Shown piece after piece: positions 24,333-46,300 of a DNA stretch of 64,000 nucleotides. The position numbers and the translations under genes were made by a program. The notes beneath the pieces are model-generated. The model searched no databases and was not told the origin of the DNA. It saw nothing but the letters and a program-made list of their open reading frames with translations. Every line of letters begins with the position of its first letter. The stretch's first letter is position 1. Location of the stretch: NCBI GenBank assembly GCA_964035545.1, contig OZ037771.1:6853190-6917189 (forward strand), given 5' to 3'. The DNA comes from Bugula neritina. Taxonomy: Eukaryota; Animalia; Bryozoa.

Positions 24333-27300
24333 AATGAGTTGATAGTAATGGAAATCTGTAACAAACATAACATTTAGTTAGCTGTCTATCAATATTTACA
24401 TTATTAATGAACTTTCTGATTGCAGCTTGACAATATATAATATTGAGCATATAGCATTTATACAGTAGACGAATTCATTACATTTGCTAATGCATTGCAT
24501 TGTACAGCTGACTATGCTATGTAAACTCCAACCATTTATATATTTAAACCACCACACCTACAGCTAATGTGCAATCAATACCAAAAAGTTACAATTTTAA
24601 TGTGTAGAGTGTAAACTGTGAATTGAAATCGTTATTGTATACTGTTGCAGACAAACTCTATTGTTAAATAATGTTAAATTCTTACTTTAACTTTAAAATG
24701 CAAGCTTTATTAGGTATTACTGTATACTCTCAATATATTGCTTGTCTAATGACTACATGTAAGCATATCACGCATTAAAATATTAAACACCTACAATATC
24801 TAAATTCAAGTTTTCTTCTCACGAATTTATAAACATAATTTTCACTGTCAACTTGGAAGCATGTACGCTAGGGGAAGCTGGTATTTTAAAGTTATATTAT
24901 TTGTTTTTGCCTCACAAACATTTACAAGGTAACATAGTGTTTTTATAAACTAAATATTGATATAAAAGCTTAAGGTTAAATATAAGATAAGAAGTTTCTA
25001 AATTGATATTCGAATATATGCGGAAAATTTCAAGAAATTCCCTTAAGTGAAATCAATCTTATAACTTATGAACTCATATAAACTTTCTAACTAAAGAAGG
25101 AATGCTTGGTAAATACTCACTGCTTAGTTTCCATTATGAACATCACGATGCTTATTATAATCCTTTTACGTTTATAATCATGACAGCATATTACAAAATC
25201 AATGACTCTGTTGAAAGCAATCTACATGCATACATACAATTACATAAGCGTGTGTTGTTAGAAACAGGAAAGACAGTCTTTGACTGTGTTGGTCTCAAAG
25301 TAGCAAAGCTTTGCACCCAACAATAAACTTTGTTATTGTCATTAGTTATTGCTACTTTTTAAATAAACTTTATTGATACTCTTACAAATGACAGCATTTA
25401 GTACTATGTTTGTTGTCTTTAAGAAAAAATTCTTTGATAGAGTCAGGAGCATAAACAAAGACTTCATATGACTGCCCTGCTCTTACGTCAAGTGTTGTAA
25501 ACGTGTGCCAACACTGGAAATGTCATATCAAAGATAAAGCAGCAACGGATTAATAAATTATTGTTTTAATCATTTCAAACACTTGAGAAATAATAAAAAT
25601 TGAACTAAGTAAATATTTAAAACTCAAGAAATTATATTATATAAATGCTGCCATTCTGAGTCATTCTTATCACGAATGAATCAGCATAATTATTCTTAAG
25701 CTAAAGTCACTTGAGCAGAAAATCTGCAGCAGGAGCTGGCTGCCACACGCAGCACGTAGTCAGCAGGGTGAAAATAAAGTGACCAATTGTATTTGCCAAC
25801 CGCTCATATGCCCTGTTGTAAATTAATTTTGGAAATTTCACTTGCTGTTCCCACTAATTCACAAATGATTGGAATAAACCAAAAAAGATTTAATTAAACT
25901 CAAGAAATACTAATCAGCCAATTGGATCACTTCAAAGGAAATTTATGAGGTATTCAGTCAGCTTTTAGATGCATAAAATTAGCCTAATATTTGTGTGAAG
26001 CTTCAATAGCAGTTCATTCAGAAATCCTCTTTGTATGGTCCTACATTTAGTGGTATTAATAAACATTTCCAAAGCACTGAAATAAGCATAATATTATATT
26101 ATATTAGCTGCTGTGCCTGTTGAGAGCTCAATATACTTATTTAGACTTATAAAAAAACTCCCAAGTGACCGCCACCAAGCAATAAAATTGATAATTAAAT
26201 CACAACCAATCTTTTTATATTTGTTTAGTATAATTTTCCATCAAGTTTTTAAAAGATTTCCTAGACAAAAAGCTTTATTTTTTAGTGTTAAAAGATTAAA
26301 AAAAATGTCTGAAGCATCAATCACATTATAGTATGCTACTGAAGTTGCACCTCAACTAGGCCTATATCTGGACCTAATTCTCCAGCTTGAGGTGATAAAA
26401 GTAAACAGCTGGAGGGCAAAGGCACTTGGCGTAGGTGACAAAGCATATTAGCTTATCATAATTATATATTGCAATCACTTCCAAACTAACACACCTAGAT
26501 TAAGGGCAGCATACTATTTGCTTAAAACCACTACATATCTTTTATGTCTAAGATAAACATAGCACTTGTATCAGAGTTATTAATGACAAGCAGTGAATCA
26601 ATTTCAAAGGGTTTCCTATTTAAAGAAAAACAATTGCAAAATAAAACAAATAATAAGGAGTAAATAATGACAATCCTATTACTTACCAAGTTTTAATAAA
26701 ACTAAGTACGAAACCCTGTAAAGCTGCAACATTAATTGAAGACTGTAACTAATATTTCCTTCTCAATCTTTGAAGTTTGATTGTGCCAATAACTTATAGA
26801 ATTACATATGTTTGTAGTGATTGTCTAACATGCTATGTGATAACTTATATAACTCTTGTATTAAAATTAAACCACTGACAAGTTCATTTATTTTTCTAGA
26901 TTTCAGGTTAAACACATAAATAATGCAATAATGCTTTAATTTAACACTATAATTTTTACAGTTTAAATTTTTAAAGTACATGGGAATATCATAATTATGA
27001 ATACCAAGTATATAATATATATTATAGTAGCTGTTACACTGAGTTTTTACCTTGATGATAAATTAACTGTTACAATTATATGAAATAATTTATCAAAAAA
27101 TAAACAGCAATTTTTTAAGACGCGGTTATTACCTGTAGAAGAGTGGAGTAGTCACGTCAGAGCTTTATTTATGTTTGCAGACTTTCTTAGGCTTTTTAAC
27201 CCAATTATTCTGCAGCTACAGATATAGTCGGAGTACAGTTTACTTCAGTATGTGAATCAGTGAACGAAGTAAACACACTGATTACTGTGCACTTTAGCAT

Positions 27301-28356
27301 ATAAATGTAGTACACATTGAATACTGCTTACCTGATCAACCAGAGAAGCTGTTGAAGCTATAGACATGAAATCAGTCTTGTGGAACAAGCATTATTTCCT
27401 GTAGCTCTATTAATAAATTTCTATTATGAAATACGCTTCAATGCAGTCTGGATTATGTAGATGGCTAATGCTAGTTAGTGATTGAATGGGGCATTGACAA
27501 TCTATTGAATGATACTAAAATAAAATTCTTATATTATATTATTAGAGGCCTAATTATAAAGTTTTAAACAACCTCTTAATAAGAAATATTTATGTTTGCA
27601 TTGAAATGTAAGTTTGAATTACCTATAAATTATTATGCCATATTGAAATTTGTAAAACGTTATGTAAACACACTTCTTTGCTGTATTGTCAGAATACATA
27701 TTCTATTAGCTGGAGTTAAATTCTATTAGCTATTAGCTATTAGCTGGAGTTGAAGAAAGAAGCAATCATAAGAGAATGATCTATCAAGAAAATGACACCA
27801 GCAAGATTTAAACTCTTGCAGCGATATCTCCTAACCACTACTCTACAAGACATATCCATGAGAAGGTTGGGTGGTGAGCTTACAAAAACCGATTATGCCT
27901 ACTACACACGGGCCTTAGCCTAGCACTGTAGACACGGTTAGCTGTCCTTGCTATCCGCAAGCTGGAATTGGATTTTGTAGTAACAAGTTACTGGCTCATA
28001 TACTATCAGGTAGTAAGCTCATCATCAGACCATTCAAGAGGATCTCACGATTAGTGCTAAAGGTTTAAATCCTGTGATGTCATTTCAAATGTGGCTTCAT
28101 TATAATATAATTTATATTTAGCAAAACAGTTCAATATTTCAGGTAATATGCAGTATCACTAAATTAATTAACTTTACCCTAAGATGTAGCAACTTCATAC
28201 TTCATACGCTGCAAGTCAATGCTCTGCAAAGATTATAACAAAAATAATTTGAGAAAAGAAAGCTTAGCAAGAACCAATTTATTGCATAACCAGATATCAA
28301 TAATGATCGACCCATAAAAACCGTTGAACAAATGTCGCATCACAATGTGATTTTAT

Positions 28357-28833
28357 TGGTGTCATTCCAGATAGACGATTCCCAGTTAAACGCTATTTTC
28401 TATTTTGGTACCGTTACGTATAGCAATATACCTATAATATATACCTATATAAATGTTGCATTGATTGATAAATAGCTATAGCTAATAGCTATAATAGCTA
28501 ATATAAAATATCTGGGATAATATTCTAATTTTCACGGATATGTGTATGGGACAAAAACAAGCAGTAATACATTATAATAGATGTTATCTTTATCGAATAC
28601 TTATTAACGAAATATCTTTTTAAACAACAAGAAGTATAAAAAATGCAAAATTAATAAGTTAATGCGGATCAAAGTAATTTATTCATGTGCTAAATAACAA
28701 GCAAAATTGATCGAAGTTTATTTAAATATATATATGTTTCAACAATATTCAAATAATTTGCACATAGAATATATATTGTACCAAAATAAATAAATAGCAT
28801 CTAATTTCGAAGCGTCTATATGGCATGACACCA
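28357..28833. mobile_element. Possible non-autonomous DNA transposon bounded by 21-bp inverted repeats
   Basis: TGGTGTCATTCCAGATAGACG (28357-28377) versus CGTCTATATGGCATGACACCA (28813-28833), 19/21 match; no clear TSD. Confidence 0.45.
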
Positions 28834-29854
28834 TTTTATCAATAACCAACCGCAATTTAATAGTGTAAAAGGTATATTATTTCTTTTTTGTGGTTTCAAA
28901 GTTGTCCTACCCTGGCAAGATGCAAAAGCTGCGCTCTTGCTAATCCATTGTATGCCGTTTACATTCTATTTCAGCTGCTACAGTTGTGTAATATTATAGC
29001 ACATGTATAATGCAAGAAATTTTCGTTAGTTACTTATATTATTTTATAGTGTTTCACGTTATTTTATCGCATTTCAAGTAGCATAAGTTGATGAGCATTT
29101 TGAACTTATGTGTTTGTGTCTTGATGTAGTGACTCCTAGAATACATTTTAGTTGCTCCTACAAGTACAACTGAAAATACAGTTAAGATATAATTTATTCC
29201 AAAAGACATGAAAAAGCAATTAAGAGTTATCTCCTTTTAATATTGGCCACAGTTTTCCAAAACAAACCCATTGAATTTTATAACTAATGACTTAATTTGA
29301 AAACTGTGCTTTACTAATGCAAACATTCGACCTAATTTGTTTACAGCTCTAATTTACATTGCAACATTGAAGGCATGCACATTTGGGGAGTTACCCTTTT
29401 AAAGGAATCTGTTTTTTGCATTGCTTTGCTACTTATAAAACCTGCAATATATACATTTTATATGCATTATAATAATGTAGTACAACTCATGGTAGTTATG
29501 CAGGCTTCATAAATTTAATGTATTTAATGATTCCATCATGTAATTTTGTAACAAATATCGGTATAATTATCTTTACAGATTGATATGTAAAGAATTAATT
29601 TATTTGCAAATTGAAAAAAGTTCAAATAAAAAATTTGAAGCATTAATTTCGAACTAATCTGTAAACTAACCAGATTATTGCTCTGTGCCCATGCTGATCA
29701 ACAAAGTAGTGAAATAGAAATTCTGACATAATCTTTATTTTTCTAAAATGTCATGAAAGTTACATTGAATGTGTCAAGGTCACAATACAGTTGATTAAAA
29801 GTCAAGGTTATACCATAAATTATAAAAAATGTTGGAATTTTACAAACTAGAAAT

Positions 29855-38187
<8,333 letters not shown>

Positions 38188-40304
38188 AAGATTTAACAGA
38201 GCTCAGTCTACAAAAGTGAGTATAATAATGAAAACCTATTCTGTGGTATCAAACATTTAAAACGTAATGTACATAATTTGGACTGCTATAAAGCTGATAG
38301 TAACAGACCCTGAAAGTTTATAATAATTTGGAGTATAATTAGTATAAGTATGATGTTTATTTAAGGTTAGATCTTGTGAAATAGCAAATCAAAGCAAAAT
38401 TTTTGGACTATTTGAAAATTTCATTTTTAAAATCAATTATTCATATTAATGCAGTTAAATTTACAGAAATATTTTTCTCGTGAATGACATTGATGACAAA
38501 GAGTTTAAGGACAATGGTAATTTCATTATCAAAAAATGCTTTTATAGGTTCAAGAATAAAAAACTACTGCATGCCTCTATATTCAGTACTAAAACTTAGG
38601 ATAGCACATTTTTTACATCAAGGGCATTCTACACTAAAGCCTTGTAGCTCTTCTATGTAAGTATGCTGGTATCTGAGAGAATACATTTTATGCATCTAAG
38701 AAAGTTATATATAGGAATATTGTAATAATTATATTAGGAACTGAATAGATGGCGTGTACTGTATTGTGACCAGAGCATAAAAAGGCCTAAGGAAGCAGCT
38801 ATATTCTTACATTTAGTGTGTATGTCTATAGGAGGAAACAGGTATTATACAATACACTGGCTTTCGTCTCATTATTCCATTCCTTCGAGTTTGAGCTTAA
38901 TACTAAATTTTGCCCTCACAGTCTACAATAATGTTTTAAATAAATATGTAGACGTTAAAAGATTCTGAAATTATTTAGAAGCTAAAGAGCTTACAATCCC
39001 TTACCAACTTTTTATAAACCACGGATATAAACTCAATCACTTTTGTTTTTGTACCAGCGCTGCAAGTAGCTGTCCTTGCTTATAGTAGTTGCAATACAAT
39101 CTCAAAGCAGTTCCAATGTAACCGTTAAGGGTGTAAACTATATTATGTTTGTAGAATAAACTATAATTTTAGAAATATGTCTACTTGGAAGCTTAAAATC
39201 TGGGAGTTTTAACTCAAACCTAATGAAAATATGTGCTGACATAACTGAATAATTGTACCTTATCTGGAGAGAGTTACGATGCCTTTACTTGACGCCGGTC
39301 AGACTCAGTAGCCCTCAGCAACGTAGTCCAAATGCTCACAACAGAGTGTAAATATTTCCTCCTTATTACTAGCATATGCTCAGCCACCACAGCTTTCACT
39401 AAAACATGCTCTATGACTGTATGCCAGTCTACCATCATACATGCAGTGGCAACATAAATAAGTAAATTCTAATTTTAGATCATGGTAGATGATCACAAAT
39501 GGTTGATCAAACAAAAGACAACTCCAAAAGCAGTGAAACTTCTTTAAATATTGATTGCTGAAGACATTCTCCTTTTGCTGTGTATTAAATGCAACAGTGC
39601 CTGACTTATTTGGTTACATGTAATATTGTTTTATATAATAAAGTGACTTATGGACTTTTACAAAGTGTCTAAAAAGTCACAACTTTAATAGCCTTGCAAA
39701 CTGCATGCTTAAAACAAAGGAAAATTCCTGTCCTGAAAAAAAGATGTTCAAGAGATCTTTTTTAATCTTTTCTATTTTGCAATAGAATAACTTACTACCT
39801 AGTTATCCGTAGCAAATATTAATATTATTGTGATGAAGCATGGTTATGACTAATTGTACTCTCAGCATGTAATCTTTATAAACAAAATTAATTATTTTAG
39901 ACTCAATTGTATATAAGACTTCTTAATAAAAATAATTAAGTTTAAGGCTCTCAATACTATAACTTCTAGAACCTTGGGCATAAGCATGTTAACTAACCAG
40001 AACGTAGAGAAATATAGCTGCCAGAGCTATTATTTTCTTTAACAAAAAAGGTATGACCAAAATTATAGGCTATACTTGTAATATTAAAGACAGATCACTG
40101 CAAAATGATATAGAAAATCGTGAACATCTAAGTGAACAAAGGCAACTGTTATACTCATTTATTAAAATAATAATTTATTATTATAAGCGCGAGATGTATC
40201 TCTATGTACAGAGTTATCTTTTCTTGTTGTTTCGAAATTAGTGGGGCATCAAAGTAGCGCCCGTCTTTTAAGGAAAGCAGCTAATCGAAAATAACACAGC
40301 GCGA

Positions 40305-40313
40305 TGATTGGAC
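40305..40313 (-). promoter_or_regulatory. Candidate NF-Y CCAAT box upstream of MCCC1
   Basis: TGATTGGAC (ATTGG at 40307-40311), 30 bp before the ATG in a locally CpG-richer patch; motif evidence only. Confidence 0.35.
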
Positions 40314-40340
40314 AAGTTTCTTCCAAGTACAATATTCAAG

Positions 40341-43300
40341 ATGTCAGCCTCCATAAAATGTCTGTTTTCGAAAATAACAAGGCTTCAAAAGCTTCTCAAA
40401 GTAAACCCCCTCTACAGGTATTAAAGCAGTTGATGCATTTAATTTTACTGAAAATTTATTGCATTATAGAGTTTCAAAATAATTACAAAACTGCCTAGGT
40501 ACTTGGAGTTTTAGTAATTTATCGGACTACTGTCAGTTTGAGTGTCACTGTGACAGTGACTGTCAGAGTCTTTCAGACTCAGATTCACTTCCAGTCACAG
40601 TGTGAGTGTCAGTTTGAGTGTGACCACGAGTGTTTACACTTGGTCATAATGATAATGATACTTAATAGTGTGTAGCACCTCCACTAATTGTAATACTCTA
40701 AGTGTAAAACTAAGATCTAGCTTGCAAGTTGCAAGTTCACAATTAGAATATCAATATGAATATGAATATGAATAAATATGGTTTGCATTGGTTTTGATTT
40801 TAAATTCAATCTTGATGTGAGTTACACTTGCAGTTGTTGTTATTATTATTATTGATATTATTATTAACCGTAATGTCTTGTAAGAGTTTAGATTTTGTCG
40901 GCAAATTTATCTTGGATATTATTAGCATGCTATTAAGTATTTTTTAAAATTAAAAATAAGCTTAAAATCTGCCGGGTCTACTGACTCATTATCATGGTCT
41001 ATTGTCTATGCACAGATGCAGTTTTTACGTTTAATTTGTTTTACTTTAAAGAATAGAAACTTTTTATGCTTTATAAATTTCTAAACATAAGGACAGACAC
41101 CAAAATCAACAACTCTGTATGCAATAAAACTCTCAGACTTGAAAGCTGAGTCAATACTTTAATGTGGAAAATGCTGTGAACTTGAATGCTTGTGTTTGTG
41201 ATGTCATTAGTTAATAACATTTTTCTTAATTGTGTGTTCAATGCAAAATAGTTTTGCTGAGATTTTAACATATCTTGCTTTAAAAAAACAATTACGATCC
41301 CATTTCTAATTGCAAACACAAGAGTGTTCACTATCCCATAAAATAAAAATTAGTCATAAGTGTACTTCCACTATTTCTGGTGAGTTTTTGATATAAAAAA
41401 CGTATTCAGAAGCACTGAGAAAATCTGTAAAAGTGACACTGTTTCAGAGTTATGCTAAGTCAATCACTCTTTTGTAGAAATGCCTTCTCTCCCTTAGCAT
41501 ATGCCACACAAGCTAGCTTTAATGAAGATGTACCAAGTGAGTCTCTACTCTCTAACTCCTTTTGCTAACTGATACTCAACTTTATGTAGCTTTACCCAAA
41601 ATGTTATTTTTTTAAAAACATTCTTTTGTGTTAGTTTTTAAGCAATTAGATTAGGTTTACTGATCATTAGTGCCTATTCTACAAATTTATACTAAGTGCT
41701 TTTATGAACAACTTTTTATTCTGCTTTAAGAGAAGCCAATCAAGCGCCTGCTGATAGCGAATCGTGGAGAGATCGCTGTGCGTGTTATGAAAACTGCCAA
41801 AGAGCTCGGCATACAGACTGTAGCAGTTTACAGTGAAGCAGATGCAGATTCACTCCATGTTTCAGTGGTAATTTGTCCTTGACCTTGCAATCACTTCAAG
41901 TCTGAGTGTTTCTGCAACTTAATACATTTCTTCTATGGTTTTATATATCTGGACATAGTATCAGGTCAGGATAACAAGTTTGATGTATGACTTGTGTCTG
42001 GTACCACTCTGTAATAATTTGCTGATTGGTAAAATAAATCACATACAATGGTGGGAGGTAAGCTGCTGAGTTGAGTTGAGAAAGTGGAAGTGACCTTTTA
42101 CTGGTCTTCTAAACATTCTGAATGAAGAGGTGAAATTATAACTTAGTGAATCTGTGCAGTTGATATATGGCATGCTTCAGAGTATAACAGTTGGTGGCTA
42201 ACAAAGTTTTCCTATGACACATTTGAAGTATCCAGATAAGCCTAAGATTTCGGTAAATTCTCAACATTATAATTTTTGCGGGTATTTTTACTAAGTAGAC
42301 ATTAAATCTATGAACCAAACAGTATGTAAGATCATCAGATTGAAGTAAATGTCATGCGAATATGAGTCTTGGATTGCGTAGGCAGATAAATCCTATTGCA
42401 TTGGCCCAGCCGACTCTCAGCGGAGTTACCTGAACAAGGAGAAGATTATTCAAGTTTGCAAGGACTCTGGATCCCAGGCTATACATCCAGGCTATGGCTT
42501 TCTCTCGGAGAACACAGAGTTTGCGGAGTTGTGTCACCAGAATGATATAACATTTATTGGTGCGTGGGAGTTGTATGCTTAATTAATACTGTGCCGTACA
42601 ATGTTAATGATTGGCATACCTGTCAAAGATGACAATGCATGTTGACTCAGAAGTCTACACTGTGTTAGGTTGTGAAATAAATTAAATGAAATATTTAAAT
42701 TTAATAAAAAATATAAAAGTTTTTAAATACAAATATATAAATTGTTTCAGGTCCCCCATCTTCTGCTATTCGAGATATGGGTATCAAAAGCACATCTAAG
42801 CATATCATGTCTGCAGCTAACGTGCCAATCATAGAGGGTTACCATGGCGATGACCAGTCTGACGACAGACTAGCAGCTGAGGCTAGAAAGATTGGTTTTC
42901 CTGTGATGATTAAAGCTGTGCGAGGGGGAGGTGGAAAGGTGCTGTAAACAGAGTGCTATTTTGTGCTGCAGGTTATGCTGTATAAGTGTTGGTGTGAGTG
43001 TATATCTCGGGTGTCTGAACTGCTACTTTATAGTTTTTGATATATCACTCCAGTAGTTCACCCAATGCGAACCAATGATTTAAGAATCCTTGACACTCTT
43101 CATTTATGCAGTATTAAAATGTTCATATCTATCTTAGCTATCATTTATCATCTTAAAAGTCAGCAATACTTACTATTAGTTTTACAATACCATTCACTTC
43201 ACAGTTAACTGGAAATCTGCAAGCAATCATAAGTCTGAATTTAAGTCAAGGCATGCTTGCAGAAAATAACTTATCAAACTAAATTGCTCTTTGGCAGTTT

Positions 43301-46300
43301 GTAGATAATAGGTAATATATATATATATAGATATTTTAATACTGCATAAAGGAAGTGTGTCAGGGTTATTTTTGGTGATGTCTAAACTTGTTTCTATGAT
43401 CAGTTTATATATACTGATTTGTTAAGTTTGTAGAATTGCTTAAATACATTATAGCATATTTCTTTTATAACTAAAGTGTGGGTAAACAGCACATCTTAGA
43501 GTTACTCAGAAATTAGCATTGCATAATATGACAAGGCGGGACTGTTATTTGTGTATTTGTAGGGCATGCGTATCGCTATGGCGGAAAACGAGTTCGTTTC
43601 TCAGCTTTCATCTGCTAAGAATGAAGCTATGAAATCATTCGGTGATCAAGTGATGTTGGTGGAGAAATTTGTTGTTAATCCTCGACATGTTGAGGTCTGC
43701 TAATCCCATTCTCAGTTCTGATATCTTCAAGTCTGTTGCTTTGACTCTTACACTTAGTTGATCTTGAATTTATTGTTACATCTCTATTGAATGGTTTTAC
43801 ATTCACTGCAAAGCAACAATTTACTTCTAACATTCAAAAAACTCTGTCGAACAAAACCTGGTGCAGTGAGATTAAATTTGCTGCGGGTTTGGATAAAAAG
43901 TTTGGAAACATTTTCCTATGTAGAAGCATAGCAATGTATTTTAAATTCTTAGCCATGCAACATGGTTAAAACCGTCTCAATCAAATCCAACCTGTGTAAA
44001 TATTTAATCTAGCTGAAAGCTGGTTATCTACTCAGTCGATAAATTCATTGTATGAGCCAGTCAATTATCTAGTTGTAATACACACAGGCTCGCGCGCTCA
44101 CACACACCACCAGGTACAAGTGTTTATATATCAAACCAGGTGCAAGTATTTGGAGATCAACATGGTAACTATGTCTACATGTTTGAAAGAGACTGCAGTG
44201 TACAGAGGAGACACCAGAAGATCATAGAAGAGGCACCGGCCCCTCATCTCACAGAGGAAGTGAGGAGGCAGCTGGGAGAGGCAGCAGTCAGGGCTGCCAG
44301 AGCAGTCAACTATGTTGGCGCAGGTAGGTGACACACAGCTGCTGCTGATAATATGTATGCAAGTGTGTTAGCTATGTGGTCCTCTTCACATTAGGAGGGG
44401 GGGCTGGTAGGGCTACTTGAGTTTATTCATTCAGTAGCCCTCTCTGGTAATAGCTTCCTGCATTAGAATGTTGCTGTGAAAAGTCTTACTCTTAGAAGGA
44501 AATACAGCTCACCATAAGTAGAGGGTAACCCAAGTAATAGCTACAATATAGTGTAGAGCGAAGCAACTATAAAACATTCATTGCATCATAGTTGAGTAAC
44601 ATTAGCTTAGGGCTTGTATGTGCAAACTATTCCTCTCTGCACACTGTTGTCTTTTATTACCGAAATATCGAGGCTCATTTACATCATTAAATCTTTTTTA
44701 CATACGGAAATATTATTTTCTTAGATTTTCTTATTTCATGCAAATGCAATGGCTGAAACTCTCAGTCTGACAATGTTGTTAGGAAGTTAATATTTGGATT
44801 CTTCAGGCACAGTTGAGTTTGTCATGGATGCTGACCAGAAGTTTTATTTCATGGAGATGAATACGAGACTTCAGGTTGAGCACCCCGTATCGGAGATGAT
44901 AACTGATACAGGTTTGTAGACTACTGGTTGTATTGACATATTCAGGGATCAGTTTATGAGTATATAACATCTTTGCAGAGTCTGGTCAAATGATAATTTG
45001 AGCTGATACATTTGGGAATACAAATTATGGAAAGTAATAGTCTTGAAAAGGTACCCACATCAAATCTTGAGATGAAAACCAGTTTGCCTGACAGAAAGTT
45101 ATAAAGGCTACTTCTTCTGTTACTGGAAGACCAACTGCTCAATAATGCATTTCCAGTTTATACTTAGCATTGTTTGTTTAGGTCTAATGTTTTGTTGCTA
45201 TGAATTAGTGAGCAGCTGTGGTGTTTATTTCCAGATCTAGTTGAGTGGCAGTTGCGGGTGGCTGCGGGAGAGCCCCTTCCTCTAACTCAGGATGATTTAG
45301 AAATCTATGGCCATTCTTTTGAGGCGAGAGTATATGCAGAAGACCCGGACAATGAGTTCATGCCTGGAGCTGGTCATCTGCAGCACGTCTTACCTCCGGA
45401 TGATGAGTCATACATTAGAGTAGAAACCGGGATCAGACAGGTAACTGTCTGTCTGTCTGTTCCATGCTGTGGTAGCTCAATATTGCTTTACTGCTCACAA
45501 TAGTTTCACTTTTTACAATTGAAGCAAATGATCCATGTAATACTGTAAAACAAGTTCTCTAATTCTTGAAATAAATGAAATTTGAAAATTGTTTCATCAA
45601 AAATGTTATGTTTGGATTTTATCTGCTAAAAGTATTTGTAAGTCCATGCACACTAGGTGGTAAGAAATTAAGGCCGAAAGCCGTAATATAAGTGAAAGCT
45701 GGTGAACGCTGAGGCAAAGTAGAGCAAGCAAACACTATTTTCTCTCAATAAAATCTACCAGCTTATTCACACTTATAACATGAGTGTGTTTCCTTTTTAC
45801 ATTCTGTCCAAATTGAATTGGCCCTTTCATTGCTGGTTTTCTTACAAAAAGTTCTTTGCCAAACACTCAGTGATTTTGTTCACTTCAAATAGAAATTCTA
45901 ATATGATTTTCTCATTTCACAATGAATAAATTGATCTCGCGTGCTTGTCGATTAAGCACAACATTCTTTTCAGTAAAACACAACTGTAATTTTCTCACTC
46001 CACTTCTTGAAATTCAACATTTGCTAAATTATTGTGTTGTGTTTGAAATTGATAGAATTGGCAACCAAAGCATTATCTGAGAAGTTGTCCTCTCTATAGG
46101 CCCTACCTTTCACACCATCTTGTTTTTTCTGCCGTGTTTTAAGCTAGACGTACAATTTGTATTCACACAGGGCGATGAAGTTTCTGTACACTATGATCCT
46201 ATGATAGCCAAGCTGGTAGTTTGGGGGGAAGACAGGCCCACCGCTCTTGCTAGACTTATATCTGCATTACAGAAGTACCAGGTAAGTGTGTTGTACCAGT

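Noticed and set aside
25254-25265. RFX X-box-like GTTGTTAGAAAC upstream of NSUN7
   Set aside because: Biologically plausible for a sperm or cilia gene, but a weak degenerate match in AT-rich DNA.
40304-40498. ORF MIGQVSS.../MSVFENNK... as the MCCC1 first exon
   Set aside because: Wrong phase for exon 2; the ATG 40341 frame fits and yields a transit peptide.
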